A stretch of DNA of 64,000 nucleotides from Clostridiales bacterium (GTDB lineage: Bacteria > Bacillota > Clostridia > Oscillospirales > Oscillospiraceae): NCBI GenBank assembly GCA_012719035.1, contig JAAYBD010000009.1:246-64245 (forward strand), given 5' to 3'. The notes under the pieces are model-generated. The model made no database searches and was not told the origin of the DNA. It saw nothing but the letters and a program-made list of their open reading frames with translations. Made by a program: the position numbers and the translations under genes. Shown here one piece after another: positions 35,516 to 46,263 of this stretch; the stretch's first letter is position 1; the number at the start of each line of letters is the position of its first letter.

Positions 35516-36262
35516 CTAAGCGGGAGGATACGGACGGGCGCCAAAAATCGCAGAGCCGACCCGAACCATATTCGAGCCCTCCGCTATGGCGTCCTCAAAA
35601 TCACCGCTCATGCCCATTGATAGAAAATCCATGCTGACATTATCATATTTTTTTAATGAATTGTCAACAAAAAGCTTGTACATACGGGCAAAATAGGCGC
35701 GATTTTCACCTTTTGAGAGAGAAATGGGAGGTATTGCCATAAGTCCGCGTATAAAAACGGAGGAAAAAGCCCCAGCCTTTTCCAAAAATAGAGGGAGCTC
35801 AGATTCTCTCATTCCCGATTTTGATTCTTCGCCTGCAATATTTATCTCAAGAAGCACGTCTTGCCTTATGCCAAGCGCCTTTGCTCTTTTGTCTATGAGC
35901 GACATCAGCTCGAGAGAGTCGACAGACTGGATAAGACTGCAGACGCCGACTACATGCTTGACTTTGTTTTTCTGGAGATGACCGATAAAATGGAGCGATG
36001 CGCCGCGATAAGCGTTCTGGGCGTTCTTTTCAAGAAGTTCCTGTACGCGGTTTTCTCCGCAGACCTTTATACCGCCACGTATTGCCTCCGCAATATTGTC
36101 TGCGGAGTTCATTTTTGTCGCCGCTATGAGAGTGATCTCATCGGCTGATCTGCCTGAGGCTTTGGCTGCCGCCTCTATCCGGTCAAATACCGAACCGACA
36201 TTTTCAGTAATGCTCAAAAAACTCAACCTTCTTCTTTTGCCCTGTGATATATGTATTATCAA
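35516..36262 (-). CDS. yggS: YggS family pyridoxal phosphate homeostasis protein
   Basis: LIAATKMNS (PLP Lys), HFIGHLQKNK, MGMSGDFE..GSNMVRVGSAIFG. The true start may be downstream of the listed ATG. Confidence 0.85.
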   Translation of the reverse strand: MIIHISQGKRRRLSFLSITENVGSVFDRIEAAAKASGRSADEITLIAATKMNSADNIAEAIRGGIKVCGENRVQELLEKNAQNAYRGASLHFIGHLQKNKVKHVVGVCSLIQSVDSLELMSLIDKRAKALGIRQDVLLEINIAGEESKSGMRESELPLFLEKAGAFSSVFIRGLMAIPPISLSKGENRAYFARMYKLFVDNSLKKYDNVSMDFLSMGMSGDFEDAIAEGSNMVRVGSAIFGARPYPPA

Positions 36263-37455
36263 TCCATTACCTTGCCGTCATAAAGTCCCTTGGTGGTAAG
36301 GATTATGTCGTTGCCGGCTCTTAGTCCGGCAGCTTTCTCCGAAACAGCAGCAAGAAAGTATTCGTCTGTTTCCCAGACAATATCTATGTATTTCTTCTCT
36401 GCTTGAAGTCCTGTCATTGTGTAGACATACGAACCATTTTCATCCGATAAAACGGCCTCTTTGGGTACTCTGATTCCCTCGTGGGCATCAAAAATGATTT
36501 CTGCGGCTGCCCTTCTTACAGACAGCATTACCGAAGGGGACTCGGTGCATCTGAAAACAACGACACATTCGCCTTGTTTCGGTGAGCTGACTGAAAACAC
36601 CTTTGCTTTAAGAGTGTTGCTGCAGTATCGTCCGAAATCCAAGGAAGTGTAAGTGCCGGCTTCCAGCCGTTTTGCCCCGCTTTCGGAAACCACGGCTGCA
36701 AAAAACCACTCAAAAGAGGAAACCAGCTTGCCGCGGACATCATCCGGAATTTCTTCGGGTGATTCCTCAAGTTTTTTAAGCTTTTCGGGGTTAAGCCCCG
36801 AAAGCATTTCGGGAGTAATGTACTCATAGCCGTCAGGCGATGAGGAAAACAGCCCCGGCTTGTCCGCTTTGATCGTATCAGTATCTCTTTGGGCGCTTTT
36901 TTTAAGCTCGTTAAGCTCGGAGATTACAAGACCAAGATCCACCTCGGTAGCCTGTACATCGGAGTTTTCCATTACAAGGGAGCTGAGAGCCATGGAGGCT
37001 GAAGCAAGATTTTCTGTTTCGCGCCTTACTGCGGAGGCTGCAAGCGATGTAACTGCGCTTTTGATGGCACCGTCCCTGTCGGAAAGGTTCTCCGCGGAAT
37101 ATGAGCCGGACAGCGCGGATTGTATGTATTGCTTTTTCAGCTCCAGCTCCTTTATTTTAGCCGCGCGTGAAAGCGCCTCCTCGCCGGAATAGGCAACGGC
37201 AATGGGCTCGCCCGCCGCCACAGCCTGTCCGTTTTCAGCAACTACGTTCAGGTATTTTTCATTGCTGCGAATAAGGGTTTCATGTCTTATGATAATTCCG
37301 GATGCGACCGCATTTTCGGTAAGAGAAACATAGACTGCGGGAGCTGTTCTGACATTATTTGTTAAAGAGTGGCCGATATATATACTCAAGTATGCCAGTA
37401 AAGCCCCAAAAAGGAGCAGTGATACAAGCTTAGTCAATGTGTCAGTTCGTTTCAT
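36259..37455 (-). CDS. HlyD-like membrane-fusion-type protein (N-terminal TM, barrel-sandwich and coiled coil)
   Basis: 398 aa. TM LVSLLLFGALLAYLSIYI, lipoyl-like GQAVAAGEPIAVAY, coiled-coil segment. Family assignment is tentative. Confidence 0.45.
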   Translation of the reverse strand: MKRTDTLTKLVSLLLFGALLAYLSIYIGHSLTNNVRTAPAVYVSLTENAVASGIIIRHETLIRSNEKYLNVVAENGQAVAAGEPIAVAYSGEEALSRAAKIKELELKKQYIQSALSGSYSAENLSDRDGAIKSAVTSLAASAVRRETENLASASMALSSLVMENSDVQATEVDLGLVISELNELKKSAQRDTDTIKADKPGLFSSSPDGYEYITPEMLSGLNPEKLKKLEESPEEIPDDVRGKLVSSFEWFFAAVVSESGAKRLEAGTYTSLDFGRYCSNTLKAKVFSVSSPKQGECVVVFRCTESPSVMLSVRRAAAEIIFDAHEGIRVPKEAVLSDENGSYVYTMTGLQAEKKYIDIVWETDEYFLAAVSEKAAGLRAGNDIILTTKGLYDGKVMD

Positions 37456-37521
37456 CTGTATATCTCCTATTTGGGGCCGTTTTGGAACTTATGTAAGATA
37501 AACTAAATAAACTGCGAAACT

Positions 37522-37773
37522 CTATGAATGTTCCTTATCGTCAACATACCTCGGTTCTCTCAAATCCACCGTACTGGCCGGAACAATAGTTGATATCGCG
37601 TGCTTATAAATCATTTGCTGACGTCCGTCTGTTTCCAGAATGACGACAAAGCTGTCAAAGCTCCTCACAACACCCTTAAGCTGAAAACCGTTCATCAAAA
37701 AGAATGTTACTGTCTGTTTTTCCCGTCTGATTTGATTAAGTAAGGTGTCCTGAATGTTCTGTGTCTTTTGCAT
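37522..37773 (-). CDS. hfq: RNA chaperone Hfq
   Basis: [66 protein letters not shown] at 37773 with GAGGGAG RBS. Confidence 0.9.
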   Translation of the reverse strand: MQKTQNIQDTLLNQIRREKQTVTFFLMNGFQLKGVVRSFDSFVVILETDGRQQMIYKHAISTIVPASTVDLREPRYVDDKEHS

Positions 37774-37943
37774 AGAAGCCAACTCCCTCTCGGAGCGGTC
37801 AAAAATAATTCGTGATTTTCGCATTGTGCCCACTGATAGTGGACGGACATCTATGTCTGACAGCAATTTTATCACAGTTTACCGCTCCATTAAATAGTTA
37901 TTTTTAAACAAAACGCGATTAAAAAAATGCGGATTGTTCAGAA

Positions 37944-38897
37944 CTATTCTAATCCGTTGGCAATAAAGAACTTTGTCGAAAATTGTCGGGCGAATTCAAA
38001 ATCTGGAGTTGTTTTCCAAAGAATCCAACCGATACCTTCTTTTCGCCTAAGCCATGTGAGCTGGCGCTTGGCGTATCTGCGGCTTTCCCGTTTTATCAGT
38101 TCTATGGCTTCGCCTTCACTGATTTCGCCGCGAACCGCCAATGCCGCTTCCTTATAGCCTATAGCCTGCATAGAGGTGCATTTGTCAGAAACTCCGCTGT
38201 CAATAAGGGAGCGGACTTCATCAAAAAGCCCTGCTTTTGCCATAAGGTCGGCGCGCTTGTCTATGCGCGCGTATAGGTCCTCCCGGTTTTCAAAGGAGAG
38301 CGCAACGGTTACAGCGTCATACTTTGGGGGAAGCTTTTGCGTTTCCTTATCGTGCTCCGTTATTGTCCTGCCGGTAGTGTAATATACCTCAATAGCCCGC
38401 AGAATCCGCTTTCTGTCTGATGGATGAAGCTTCTGCGCACGCTCAGGGTCGATTTTTGACAGCTCCTCCAGCATTTTTTCACCGCCGAGAAGTACATATC
38501 TCTCCTCAAGCTCTTTTCTGAGGCTTTCATCCGAAGCATTGTCGTCAAAATCGCGTCCTGAGGCTAACGAATCGATGTAAAGTCCTGTCCCCCCGACGAT
38601 TACAGGGAGCTTGCCGCGCATGAAAATGTCCTGAACACAGGCATCTGCTTCCTTAACATAGCGGGCGACACTATAATTTTCATAAGGCTCGGCAACGTCT
38701 ATCATATGGTGGGGGATTCCCTGCATTTCCTCAGGTGTTACCTTTGCTGTTCCGATATCCATACGCTTATAAACCTGCATGGAATCCGCCGAAACGATTT
38801 CTCCGTTAAGCTCTTTTGCAAGGCAAACGCCAAGTGCGGTCTTCCCGGTTGCCGTCGGACCGGTTATAACTGCGATTTTTGGGGTTTTAGTGCTCAT
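37944..38897 (-). CDS. miaA: tRNA dimethylallyltransferase
   Basis: VITGPTATGKTALGV P-loop and IVGGTGLY. Start uncertain: ATG at 38897 or GTG at 38927. Confidence 0.85.
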   Translation of the reverse strand: MSTKTPKIAVITGPTATGKTALGVCLAKELNGEIVSADSMQVYKRMDIGTAKVTPEEMQGIPHHMIDVAEPYENYSVARYVKEADACVQDIFMRGKLPVIVGGTGLYIDSLASGRDFDDNASDESLRKELEERYVLLGGEKMLEELSKIDPERAQKLHPSDRKRILRAIEVYYTTGRTITEHDKETQKLPPKYDAVTVALSFENREDLYARIDKRADLMAKAGLFDEVRSLIDSGVSDKCTSMQAIGYKEAALAVRGEISEGEAIELIKRESRRYAKRQLTWLRRKEGIGWILWKTTPDFEFARQFSTKFFIANGLE

Positions 38898-38977
38898 CTG
38901 TTCACCGCCGCTGAGTTTTTCGGACACCGGGCTGCGTCCGTCTTAAAAATATTTTGTCCCGATATCGGCAGAATGTC

Positions 38978-40957
38978 TCATACTATCCGGGAAAATTCTT
39001 TATCGAGCTGTTTTTTGGAAAGAACGATTGAAACCGGTCTGCCGTGGGGGCAGTATTTCACTTTGCCCGAAACAACTTCTTCCGCGATGCTCAAGAGTTC
39101 TTCGTCCGCGGTGTTCCATCCGGCCTTTATAGCCGCCTTGCAGGCAATCGTATGCAGTATATCATCAATAGCATCAGATTCTGAAAGAGAAGCGCCTTTT
39201 TTAAGCTTTTCGCATATCTCCTCAATCATTGCGGCAGCGTCCGAGGCATCGGTTCCGGATGGGATGCCGCGCAGAATGATGCTGTCCGCGCCGTACGGTT
39301 CGATTTCAAAGCCAAGATCGGAAAGCTTCTCGGAATATTGCTCGATAAGTTCGATTTCGTCCGCCGGCATATTCATTGTGACAGGGATCATGAGGGACTG
39401 GGACATTATTTCGTGCCCATGCTCTTTCAGCCTGTCAAAAATCATGCGTTCATGCGCGGCGTGCTTGTCTATAAGAAGAAGCTCATCACCCTTTTCAATG
39501 ATGATATAAGTCTTCATCGCTTCACCGACAAGGCGGAATTCATCATGGACATCGCGAAAGATCCCCTGTACAGGGCTTTCCTTTATCTCGTTTACGGGTT
39601 CTGCCTCAAAGCCCTTTATCAGCTCAACGCCCTCTTGTACGGCGCTATCCGCGCTGTCAGTACATTTTGCGGAACTTCCAGAGCTTATGTAAGGGCTTTC
39701 GCTTTCGCGAACAAGGGAAGCGCCGGAAGTGCCAGAAGAGAGAGTCCTGTTCCAGACGATGGTGCCCTTATCAATATCGGGAGAGGGTTTTGGGGGAATA
39801 GCATGAGAAAGGCTTTCTGACGACCGGGGCGGAAATGTGGAACCTGATGTTTTGGGTAAGCCGGAGTATTTTTCGCGGAACTCTCCCGCGTTCATTGATT
39901 TGAAAAAGTCTTTTTTAGGGGAGGGTGAAGATTTTACGAGGGGCTGCAGGTTTATTTCCGCCGCAGACTTCTCTCCGTCTAAAGCGGAAAGCACTGCATA
40001 ATATACGGCATCAAAAATCTGCCGCTCATCGCGGAACTTGACCTCTGTTTTGGCAGGGTGCACATTAACGTCCACTGCCCCGGGACTGACGCTGAGATAA
40101 ACGACGCAGGCGGGGTAGCGTCCGGTTAAGAGCGTATTTTTATATGCCTGCTCGACTGCCGCCTGTAAAAGCTGAGATTTTATACTGCGTTTATTGCAGA
40201 AGAAAAACTGCTTTGACCTGTTGCCGTGCCCCGCTTTAGGCGAGCCGACAAAGCCGGAAACGGAAACCTTTTCGCAATTGGAAGCCAGCTCTAAAAGTCC
40301 CATTGCCGTTTCGCGCCCAAGAAGGCTGTATACGCAGGATTCTAATTTCCCGTCGCCGGGAGAAAAGAATTCATCCTCACCGTCTTTGATTAAGCGAACG
40401 GAAACATCGGGATGTCCCAGAGCGCAGCGCAGTGCGGCGGATGAGCAGGCGGAGCTTTCCGTGCGGTCTGATTTCATAAACTTCAGTCTTGCGGGCGTGT
40501 TGAAAAACAGGTCCCTGATTATCATGGTCGTACCTTCCGGGCAGCCGCAGGGAAGCATTTCTATGATATCGCCTGCCTCAAGGACAACGCGGGTACCGAC
40601 ATCAGTTCCTCTTTTTTTGGTAAGAAGTTCAACGCGTGAGACTGAGGAAACGGCGGCGAGAGCCTCGCCGCGGAAGCCCATAGTTCCGATGCTTTCAAGA
40701 CCGCGCTCATCCCGCAGCTTGCTTGTTGCGTGGCGGAGAAAACACAGTCCGGCGTCCTCCGGAAGCATGCCGCCCCCGTCGTCTGTGACGCGGATATAGG
40801 TCATTCCGCCGCCTTTGATTTCTATAGTTATATTTTTTGAGCCCGCATCGAAGGAGTTTTCCAAAAGCTCCTTTATGACGGAGGCGGGACGCTCGACAAC
40901 TTCACCCGCGGCTATCATGTCTGCCACGTGCGGAGAAAGTATGTTGATATCGGGCAT
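38978..40957 (-). CDS. mutL: DNA mismatch repair protein MutL
   Basis: 659 aa. IAAGEVVERPASVIKELLENSFDAG GHKL ATPase N-terminus. C-terminal dimerisation/endonuclease region with DKHAAHERMIF. Confidence 0.95.
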   Translation of the reverse strand: MPDINILSPHVADMIAAGEVVERPASVIKELLENSFDAGSKNITIEIKGGGMTYIRVTDDGGGMLPEDAGLCFLRHATSKLRDERGLESIGTMGFRGEALAAVSSVSRVELLTKKRGTDVGTRVVLEAGDIIEMLPCGCPEGTTMIIRDLFFNTPARLKFMKSDRTESSACSSAALRCALGHPDVSVRLIKDGEDEFFSPGDGKLESCVYSLLGRETAMGLLELASNCEKVSVSGFVGSPKAGHGNRSKQFFFCNKRSIKSQLLQAAVEQAYKNTLLTGRYPACVVYLSVSPGAVDVNVHPAKTEVKFRDERQIFDAVYYAVLSALDGEKSAAEINLQPLVKSSPSPKKDFFKSMNAGEFREKYSGLPKTSGSTFPPRSSESLSHAIPPKPSPDIDKGTIVWNRTLSSGTSGASLVRESESPYISSGSSAKCTDSADSAVQEGVELIKGFEAEPVNEIKESPVQGIFRDVHDEFRLVGEAMKTYIIIEKGDELLLIDKHAAHERMIFDRLKEHGHEIMSQSLMIPVTMNMPADEIELIEQYSEKLSDLGFEIEPYGADSIILRGIPSGTDASDAAAMIEEICEKLKKGASLSESDAIDDILHTIACKAAIKAGWNTADEELLSIAEEVVSGKVKYCPHGRPVSIVLSKKQLDKEFSRIV

Positions 40958-41307
40958 GATAAATTAATCCCTTCTATTTGCCTGTTGCTATTATCGCCTT
41001 TTATAATCAGGCGCTATTATATGTTTCAAATGATGTCCGCTTGCAGATGCCTGTGTTGCGGAACTGGACTGGGAATTTCTAATGCGATTGAAAGCCGTTC
41101 GCATAAACTCAAGCATACGGATACATTATATACTAAAAATGTTGAAAATGCCACAATAAAATGGTATTATCAAGCATATGCATTGATTTGATTTTCAAGA
41201 TAAGCGGGAATTGCACCGCGTTTTTTAGATGGAAATCAAGCGGCAGCTTCTACGAATTATAATTTAAATCTCAGCCGGATAAGGCATTTTATGATAGGAA
41301 ACGCAAA

Positions 41308-42711
41308 ATGAGCTATAAACGAACAGAAATATCACCCGAGGAAATAAAAAAACAATTGAACATATGTGCCGATATAAGGGCGGGCTTTGAGGGTCAAAGC
41401 CGCCTTGCTCTTGTTGAGACATTTGGCTGCCAGCAAAACGAGGAGGACAGCGAAAAAATCCGCGGATACCTCTGCGAGATGGGTTTTGAAATGACTGAAG
41501 ACGAATTTTCGGCAGACCTTATCGTAATCAACACCTGTGCTGTGCGCGAGCACGCGGAGATGCGCGTTTTCGGTAATCTTGGGGCGCTCACGCACACGAA
41601 AAAAGATAAACCGCAGCAGATAATTGCAGTCTGCGGCTGCATGGTTCAGCAGGAGCATATAACCGAAAAAATCAAAAAATCATTTCGTCAGGTGGATTTG
41701 GTTTTCGGACCGGATGAACTGTGGCGTTTTCCCGAGCTTATAAAAACCGTCATGTCGGAGCGCAAGCGCGTTTTTGCTCCGGGAAGCGGGGACGGCTGTA
41801 TTTCAGAGGGAGTGCCGCACCTGCGCTCGGACAAGGTGAAAGCTTGGCTTTCCATAATGAACGGCTGCAACAATTTCTGCACTTACTGCATCGTACCTTA
41901 CACACGCTTCCGCGAGCGCTCAAGGCGGCCGGAGGATATTCTTGATGAAGCAAAAAAGCTTGTGGCAGACGGCTACAAAGAAATCACGCTTTTGGGGCAG
42001 AACGTAAACTCATACGGCAGAGATCTGGACTGCGGAGCGAGCTTTGCCCAGCTTATCCGTCAAGTGAACGATATCGAGGGCGACTTTGTCATCCGTTTTA
42101 TGACCAGCCATCCTAAAGATGCCAACGAGGAACTTTTTGCCGCTATGAGAGACTGCGAGAAATGCGAAAAGCACCTGCACCTGCCATTGCAGTCCGGAAG
42201 CGATAGGATATTAAAGGCGATGAACAGGCATTATAACGCAGAAAAATACCTTGCCCTTGTGGACAAGGTTCGCGAATATGTGCCCGATGTAGTTCTGACG
42301 ACCGACATTATAGTCGGCTTCCCCGGCGAAACGGACGAAGATTTTGAGGAGACGATGAGGGTCGTTGAAAAAGTGAGATATGATGCGATGTTCACCTTTA
42401 TCTACTCAAAGCGAGTGGGAACGCCCGCCGCCGAGATGCCAGACCCCTTTACCCGAGAAGAAAAGCAGATACACTTCGACAGGCTCATCGAAACGCAGAA
42501 CAGAATATCCGAGGAAAAGCACAGAGAATATATTGGCAAAACCGTCCGCGTCCTTCTTGACGGAAAAGACAGGGAAGACGGGATACTCACTGCGCGAACC
42601 ATCGGCGGCAGGCTTGTAAGGACAGCGGGGGACGAAAGCGCTATAGGCAGCTTCGTGAATGTAAAAATCAACGACTGCAATACATGGGCGCTGCGGGGGG
42701 ATATAGTTTAG
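41308..42711 (+). CDS. miaB: tRNA-2-methylthio-N6-dimethylallyladenosine synthase (radical SAM)
   Basis: 467 aa. UPF0004 N-terminal domain, CNNFCTYCIVP radical-SAM triad, C-terminal TRAM domain. Confidence 0.9.
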   Translation: MSYKRTEISPEEIKKQLNICADIRAGFEGQSRLALVETFGCQQNEEDSEKIRGYLCEMGFEMTEDEFSADLIVINTCAVREHAEMRVFGNLGALTHTKKDKPQQIIAVCGCMVQQEHITEKIKKSFRQVDLVFGPDELWRFPELIKTVMSERKRVFAPGSGDGCISEGVPHLRSDKVKAWLSIMNGCNNFCTYCIVPYTRFRERSRRPEDILDEAKKLVADGYKEITLLGQNVNSYGRDLDCGASFAQLIRQVNDIEGDFVIRFMTSHPKDANEELFAAMRDCEKCEKHLHLPLQSGSDRILKAMNRHYNAEKYLALVDKVREYVPDVVLTTDIIVGFPGETDEDFEETMRVVEKVRYDAMFTFIYSKRVGTPAAEMPDPFTREEKQIHFDRLIETQNRISEEKHREYIGKTVRVLLDGKDREDGILTARTIGGRLVRTAGDESAIGSFVNVKINDCNTWALRGDIV

Positions 42712-42814
42712 AAGGCATCGCCGGACGGGATATGTCCGGTAAAAAACGGCATATGCCCGTCCTTAAAAAGAAAGCAGCAGGCAGAGAATATAAAACTACA
42801 CCGGAGGTAAAACC

Positions 42815-45418
42815 ATGGCAGATACGCCAATGAAAAGACAATACAAAGAAATCAAGGCGCAGTATGGGGACTGCCTTCTGTTTTTCAGACTGGGCGACTT
42901 TTACGAAATGTTCGACGAGGACGCTTTGATAGCTTCCCGCGAGCTTGAACTTGCGCTTACAACGCGCGACAGAAATATTGAGAACCCCGACGAGCGTACC
43001 CCAATGTGCGGAGTTCCGTATCACAGCTGTGAGGCATACATCGCCCGTCTTATCTCTAAGGGCTACAAGGTGGCAATCTGCGAGCAGACGGAGGATCCCG
43101 CACTTGCGAAAGGGCTTGTGAGCCGCGACGTTATCAGGATAATTACACCGGGGACAGTGACGGAAAGCTCCATGCTTGAAGAGGGGCGCTCCAACTATGT
43201 CTGTTCCATTTTCCTTGATAAGACAGCAGGCGCCGTTGCGTTCTGCGATGTTTCCACAGGCGAATTCTGCGTTTCCGGATTTAGCAGCTCCCCGGTGACG
43301 CATATTTTAAACGAGCTTGCGCGCTTTCTGCCGCGGGAGGCAGTGCTGAGCCAAGGTGCTGCGGAAAATGAGGAGCTTACTGTTTTTCTTAGAAAAAAGC
43401 TGGACTGCCTTATCGAAAACGGTGTGGACCGCTTTGACTATATGCAAGGTGCGGCAAGAGCCTGCGAGCAGTTCGGCGCAGATGATATCGACAGCTTGGG
43501 GCTGTGCGATGACAGCGCCTCTGTCTGCGCAGTGGGGGGGCTTCTCAGCTACATAATCGAGACTCAGAAGTTCGATATAAGACATATCAACACGCTTGAT
43601 GTGTTTACGACAGGTCGCTTTATGGAGCTTGACTACACGACGCGCCGAAATCTTGAGCTTACGGAAAATCTCCGCACCGGGGAGAAAAAAGGCAGCCTTC
43701 TGTGGGTTATTGACAAGACAAAAACCCCGATGGGCGGAAGGCTTCTCCGCGCATGGACGGAACGTCCTCTGCTTTCGCCGGTTGCAATAAAGCGGCGGCA
43801 GTCGGCGGTTCAGGAGCTGTATTCCGACAATGTTACAAGAGGCGAGATAATCGAAATACTCCGGGATGTGGGCGACATTCAGCGTCTTGTCGGAAGAGCT
43901 GTATACGGGACGGCAAACGGGCGCGATCTGCTGGCGCTGGGGCGCTACTGTGCGGTGCTGCCCAAGCTCGCTGAACTCCTTGCGGGTAAGCAGAGCCTGA
44001 TGCTTCGAGCGATTGCGGAAACAGACCCGGTGTCGCGCATATCTGCCCTGATAATTCGGGCGATCTGTGATGAGCCGCCTTTTTCCGTTCGTGAGGGAGG
44101 GATACTGAGAGAGGGGTTCAGCGAAGAAGTTGACAGACTGAGAAATGTCCGGGACAATGGTGCTAAGATGGTGTCGGAGCTTGAACAGCGCGAGCGTGAG
44201 CGGACGGGAATCAAAAAGCTGAAAGTCGGCTATAACCGGGTATTCGGCTATTACATAGATATACCAAGGGCGTTTTCGGAAAACGTTCCGGAGGAATATA
44301 TAAGAAAGCAGACCTTATCGACAAGTGAACGGTTTTTTACTCAGGAACTGAAAGAGCTTGAAAATACGCTGATTACGGCGCGTGACAGTCTTGCCGACCT
44401 TGAGTTCAGATTTTTTGAGGAAGTACGCTTAACGGTCGCTTCCGAGGTGACGAGGATACAGGCGGTTGCCGATGCCGTTGCGGAGCTTGATGCCCTGTGT
44501 TCGCTTGCAGAGGTTGCGGTAAAAAACGGCTATTCTATGCCCGAGGTTGATTTATCAGGGACGCTGTCCATTACCGCCGGAAGACACCCCGTTGTTGAAC
44601 TGACCCAGAGCGATACGCTTTTTGTTCCGAACGATACTTTCCTTAACATTTCGGATGACCGCGTGGCAATTATAACAGGTCCTAATATGGCGGGAAAATC
44701 TACATATATGCGCCAGACCGCGCTTATCGTACTTATGGCGCAGATGGGAAGCTTCGTGCCCGCAAAAAGCGCCGTTATCGGCGTTGTGGACAGGGTGTTC
44801 ACACGCATAGGTGCGTCGGACGACCTTGCGGGAGGACGAAGCACGTTTATGGTCGAGATGACCGAAGTTGCAGATATACTGCGCTATGCCACATCTTCAA
44901 GCCTGCTTATTCTGGATGAAATAGGCAGGGGAACCTCCACATACGACGGCATGGCGATTGCCCGCGCAGTCCTTGAATACTGCGCCGATAAAAAGAAACT
45001 GGGGGCAAAAACAATGTTTGCAACCCACTACCATGAGTTGACCTCGCTGGAGGGGCAGCTTGATGGGGTGCGAAATTATAACATCACCGCGAAAAAACGC
45101 GGCGGCGATCTGATTTTCCTGCGCAAAATCGTCCGCGGAGCGGCGGACGACAGCTACGGTATTGAGGTGGCAAAGCTTGCGGGAGTGCCCGACTCGGTCA
45201 TTTCAAGGGCTAAGCTCTGCCTTAGCGAGCTGGAAAGCGGGACTTATGAAAAACCGGCGCCAAAAGAGGAGCGCGGAAGAGACAGTGACCAGATTAGTTT
45301 TTCGGATTTCGGTTCAAACGATATACTCCGGAGAATAAAGGAGACAAATCTTGACACTTTGACCCCGATTGAGGCAATGAACCTGCTTTATGAGTTGAAG
45401 AGAAAGGCGGATGCCTGA
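42815..45418 (+). CDS. mutS: DNA mismatch repair protein MutS
   Basis: 867 aa. TPMKRQYKEIK...FFRLGDFYEMF N-terminus and Walker A GPNMAGKSTYMRQ. Confidence 0.95.
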   Translation: MADTPMKRQYKEIKAQYGDCLLFFRLGDFYEMFDEDALIASRELELALTTRDRNIENPDERTPMCGVPYHSCEAYIARLISKGYKVAICEQTEDPALAKGLVSRDVIRIITPGTVTESSMLEEGRSNYVCSIFLDKTAGAVAFCDVSTGEFCVSGFSSSPVTHILNELARFLPREAVLSQGAAENEELTVFLRKKLDCLIENGVDRFDYMQGAARACEQFGADDIDSLGLCDDSASVCAVGGLLSYIIETQKFDIRHINTLDVFTTGRFMELDYTTRRNLELTENLRTGEKKGSLLWVIDKTKTPMGGRLLRAWTERPLLSPVAIKRRQSAVQELYSDNVTRGEIIEILRDVGDIQRLVGRAVYGTANGRDLLALGRYCAVLPKLAELLAGKQSLMLRAIAETDPVSRISALIIRAICDEPPFSVREGGILREGFSEEVDRLRNVRDNGAKMVSELEQRERERTGIKKLKVGYNRVFGYYIDIPRAFSENVPEEYIRKQTLSTSERFFTQELKELENTLITARDSLADLEFRFFEEVRLTVASEVTRIQAVADAVAELDALCSLAEVAVKNGYSMPEVDLSGTLSITAGRHPVVELTQSDTLFVPNDTFLNISDDRVAIITGPNMAGKSTYMRQTALIVLMAQMGSFVPAKSAVIGVVDRVFTRIGASDDLAGGRSTFMVEMTEVADILRYATSSSLLILDEIGRGTSTYDGMAIARAVLEYCADKKKLGAKTMFATHYHELTSLEGQLDGVRNYNITAKKRGGDLIFLRKIVRGAADDSYGIEVAKLAGVPDSVISRAKLCLSELESGTYEKPAPKEERGRDSDQISFSDFGSNDILRRIKETNLDTLTPIEAMNLLYELKRKADA

Positions 45419-46122
45419 TGAAAGTTGTTATAGACGGATTTGTAAACACAATGTCAAAACCTCAGCGTACAGCAGGATTTGTTTATCTTCCGTTCCACAT
45501 TTTTCTGATACCGCTTTTTGTGGAAATGCTTGCGCATTATCTTCCCAATGGGCTTGATGATATTGCCGCAAACATAATCTATTATGGCATGGGCTTTTCG
45601 TTCTGCCTGATTTGTATGTGGCGATATCTCAGGGGCGCGTATGACGTTTTAATCGACAATTTGGTAAAGAATATTGTGGCATTTATTTTTTCCTATGTTA
45701 TTTTCATCCTGCTCAGCTACATTGCCGCGGGAGCAGTCTTTGCAATACTGGGAGACTCGGTTTTAAATCCTAACAATGACGCTGTGAAAGCTATGGCGAA
45801 CGAAAGCCCCCGGGCGGTATGGGGGCTGACGGTGTTTCTTGCTCCGGTAGTTGAGGAAACTTTGTTTCGCGGTGTGCTTTTCGGCTCGGTGCAGCCAAAG
45901 AACAGAACGCTTGCTTATATCCTGTCCATAGCCGCATTCGGATTTTACCATGAATGGCAGTATGCGCTTGCCTTTATGGACTGGAAAATACTTATATATA
46001 TGCTTCAATATGTCCCTGCGGGCTATGCTCTTGCGTGGCTTTATGAAAAGACAAACTGCATCTGGATGCCTGTTTTTCTGCATATGACTGTAAACCTTAT
46101 TACGATGACGATTATGGTCTGA
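45418..46122 (+). CDS. CPBP family intramembrane glutamic endopeptidase
   Basis: VEETLFRG, FGFYHE and FLHMTVN motifs in a polytopic protein. Confidence 0.8.
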   Translation: MKVVIDGFVNTMSKPQRTAGFVYLPFHIFLIPLFVEMLAHYLPNGLDDIAANIIYYGMGFSFCLICMWRYLRGAYDVLIDNLVKNIVAFIFSYVIFILLSYIAAGAVFAILGDSVLNPNNDAVKAMANESPRAVWGLTVFLAPVVEETLFRGVLFGSVQPKNRTLAYILSIAAFGFYHEWQYALAFMDWKILIYMLQYVPAGYALAWLYEKTNCIWMPVFLHMTVNLITMTIMV

Positions 46123-46263
46123 CGATTTTAGAATATTGATTATCGGAATTTGTACAATAATCTCTAAAAATAGCTTTTTTCATTGTTTTTCTAAAAAAAT
46201 GTGATAAAATAACCTATATTTAAAAGCTCATACCCGTCAATGTTACATAAGGAGATAATGAAA

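Noticed and set aside
40958-41307. Possible replication origin at the divergent mutL/miaB gene-orientation switch
   Set aside because: No DnaA-box-like TTATCCACA/TGTGGATAA motifs, no dnaA/dnaN nearby, and no obvious AT-rich unwinding repeats. An inversion breakpoint is a simpler explanation.
42668-43303. 211-aa minus-strand ORF overlapping the mutS start
   Set aside because: Antisense to the conserved MutS N-terminus. The sequence is low-complexity and Cys/Arg-rich without motifs.
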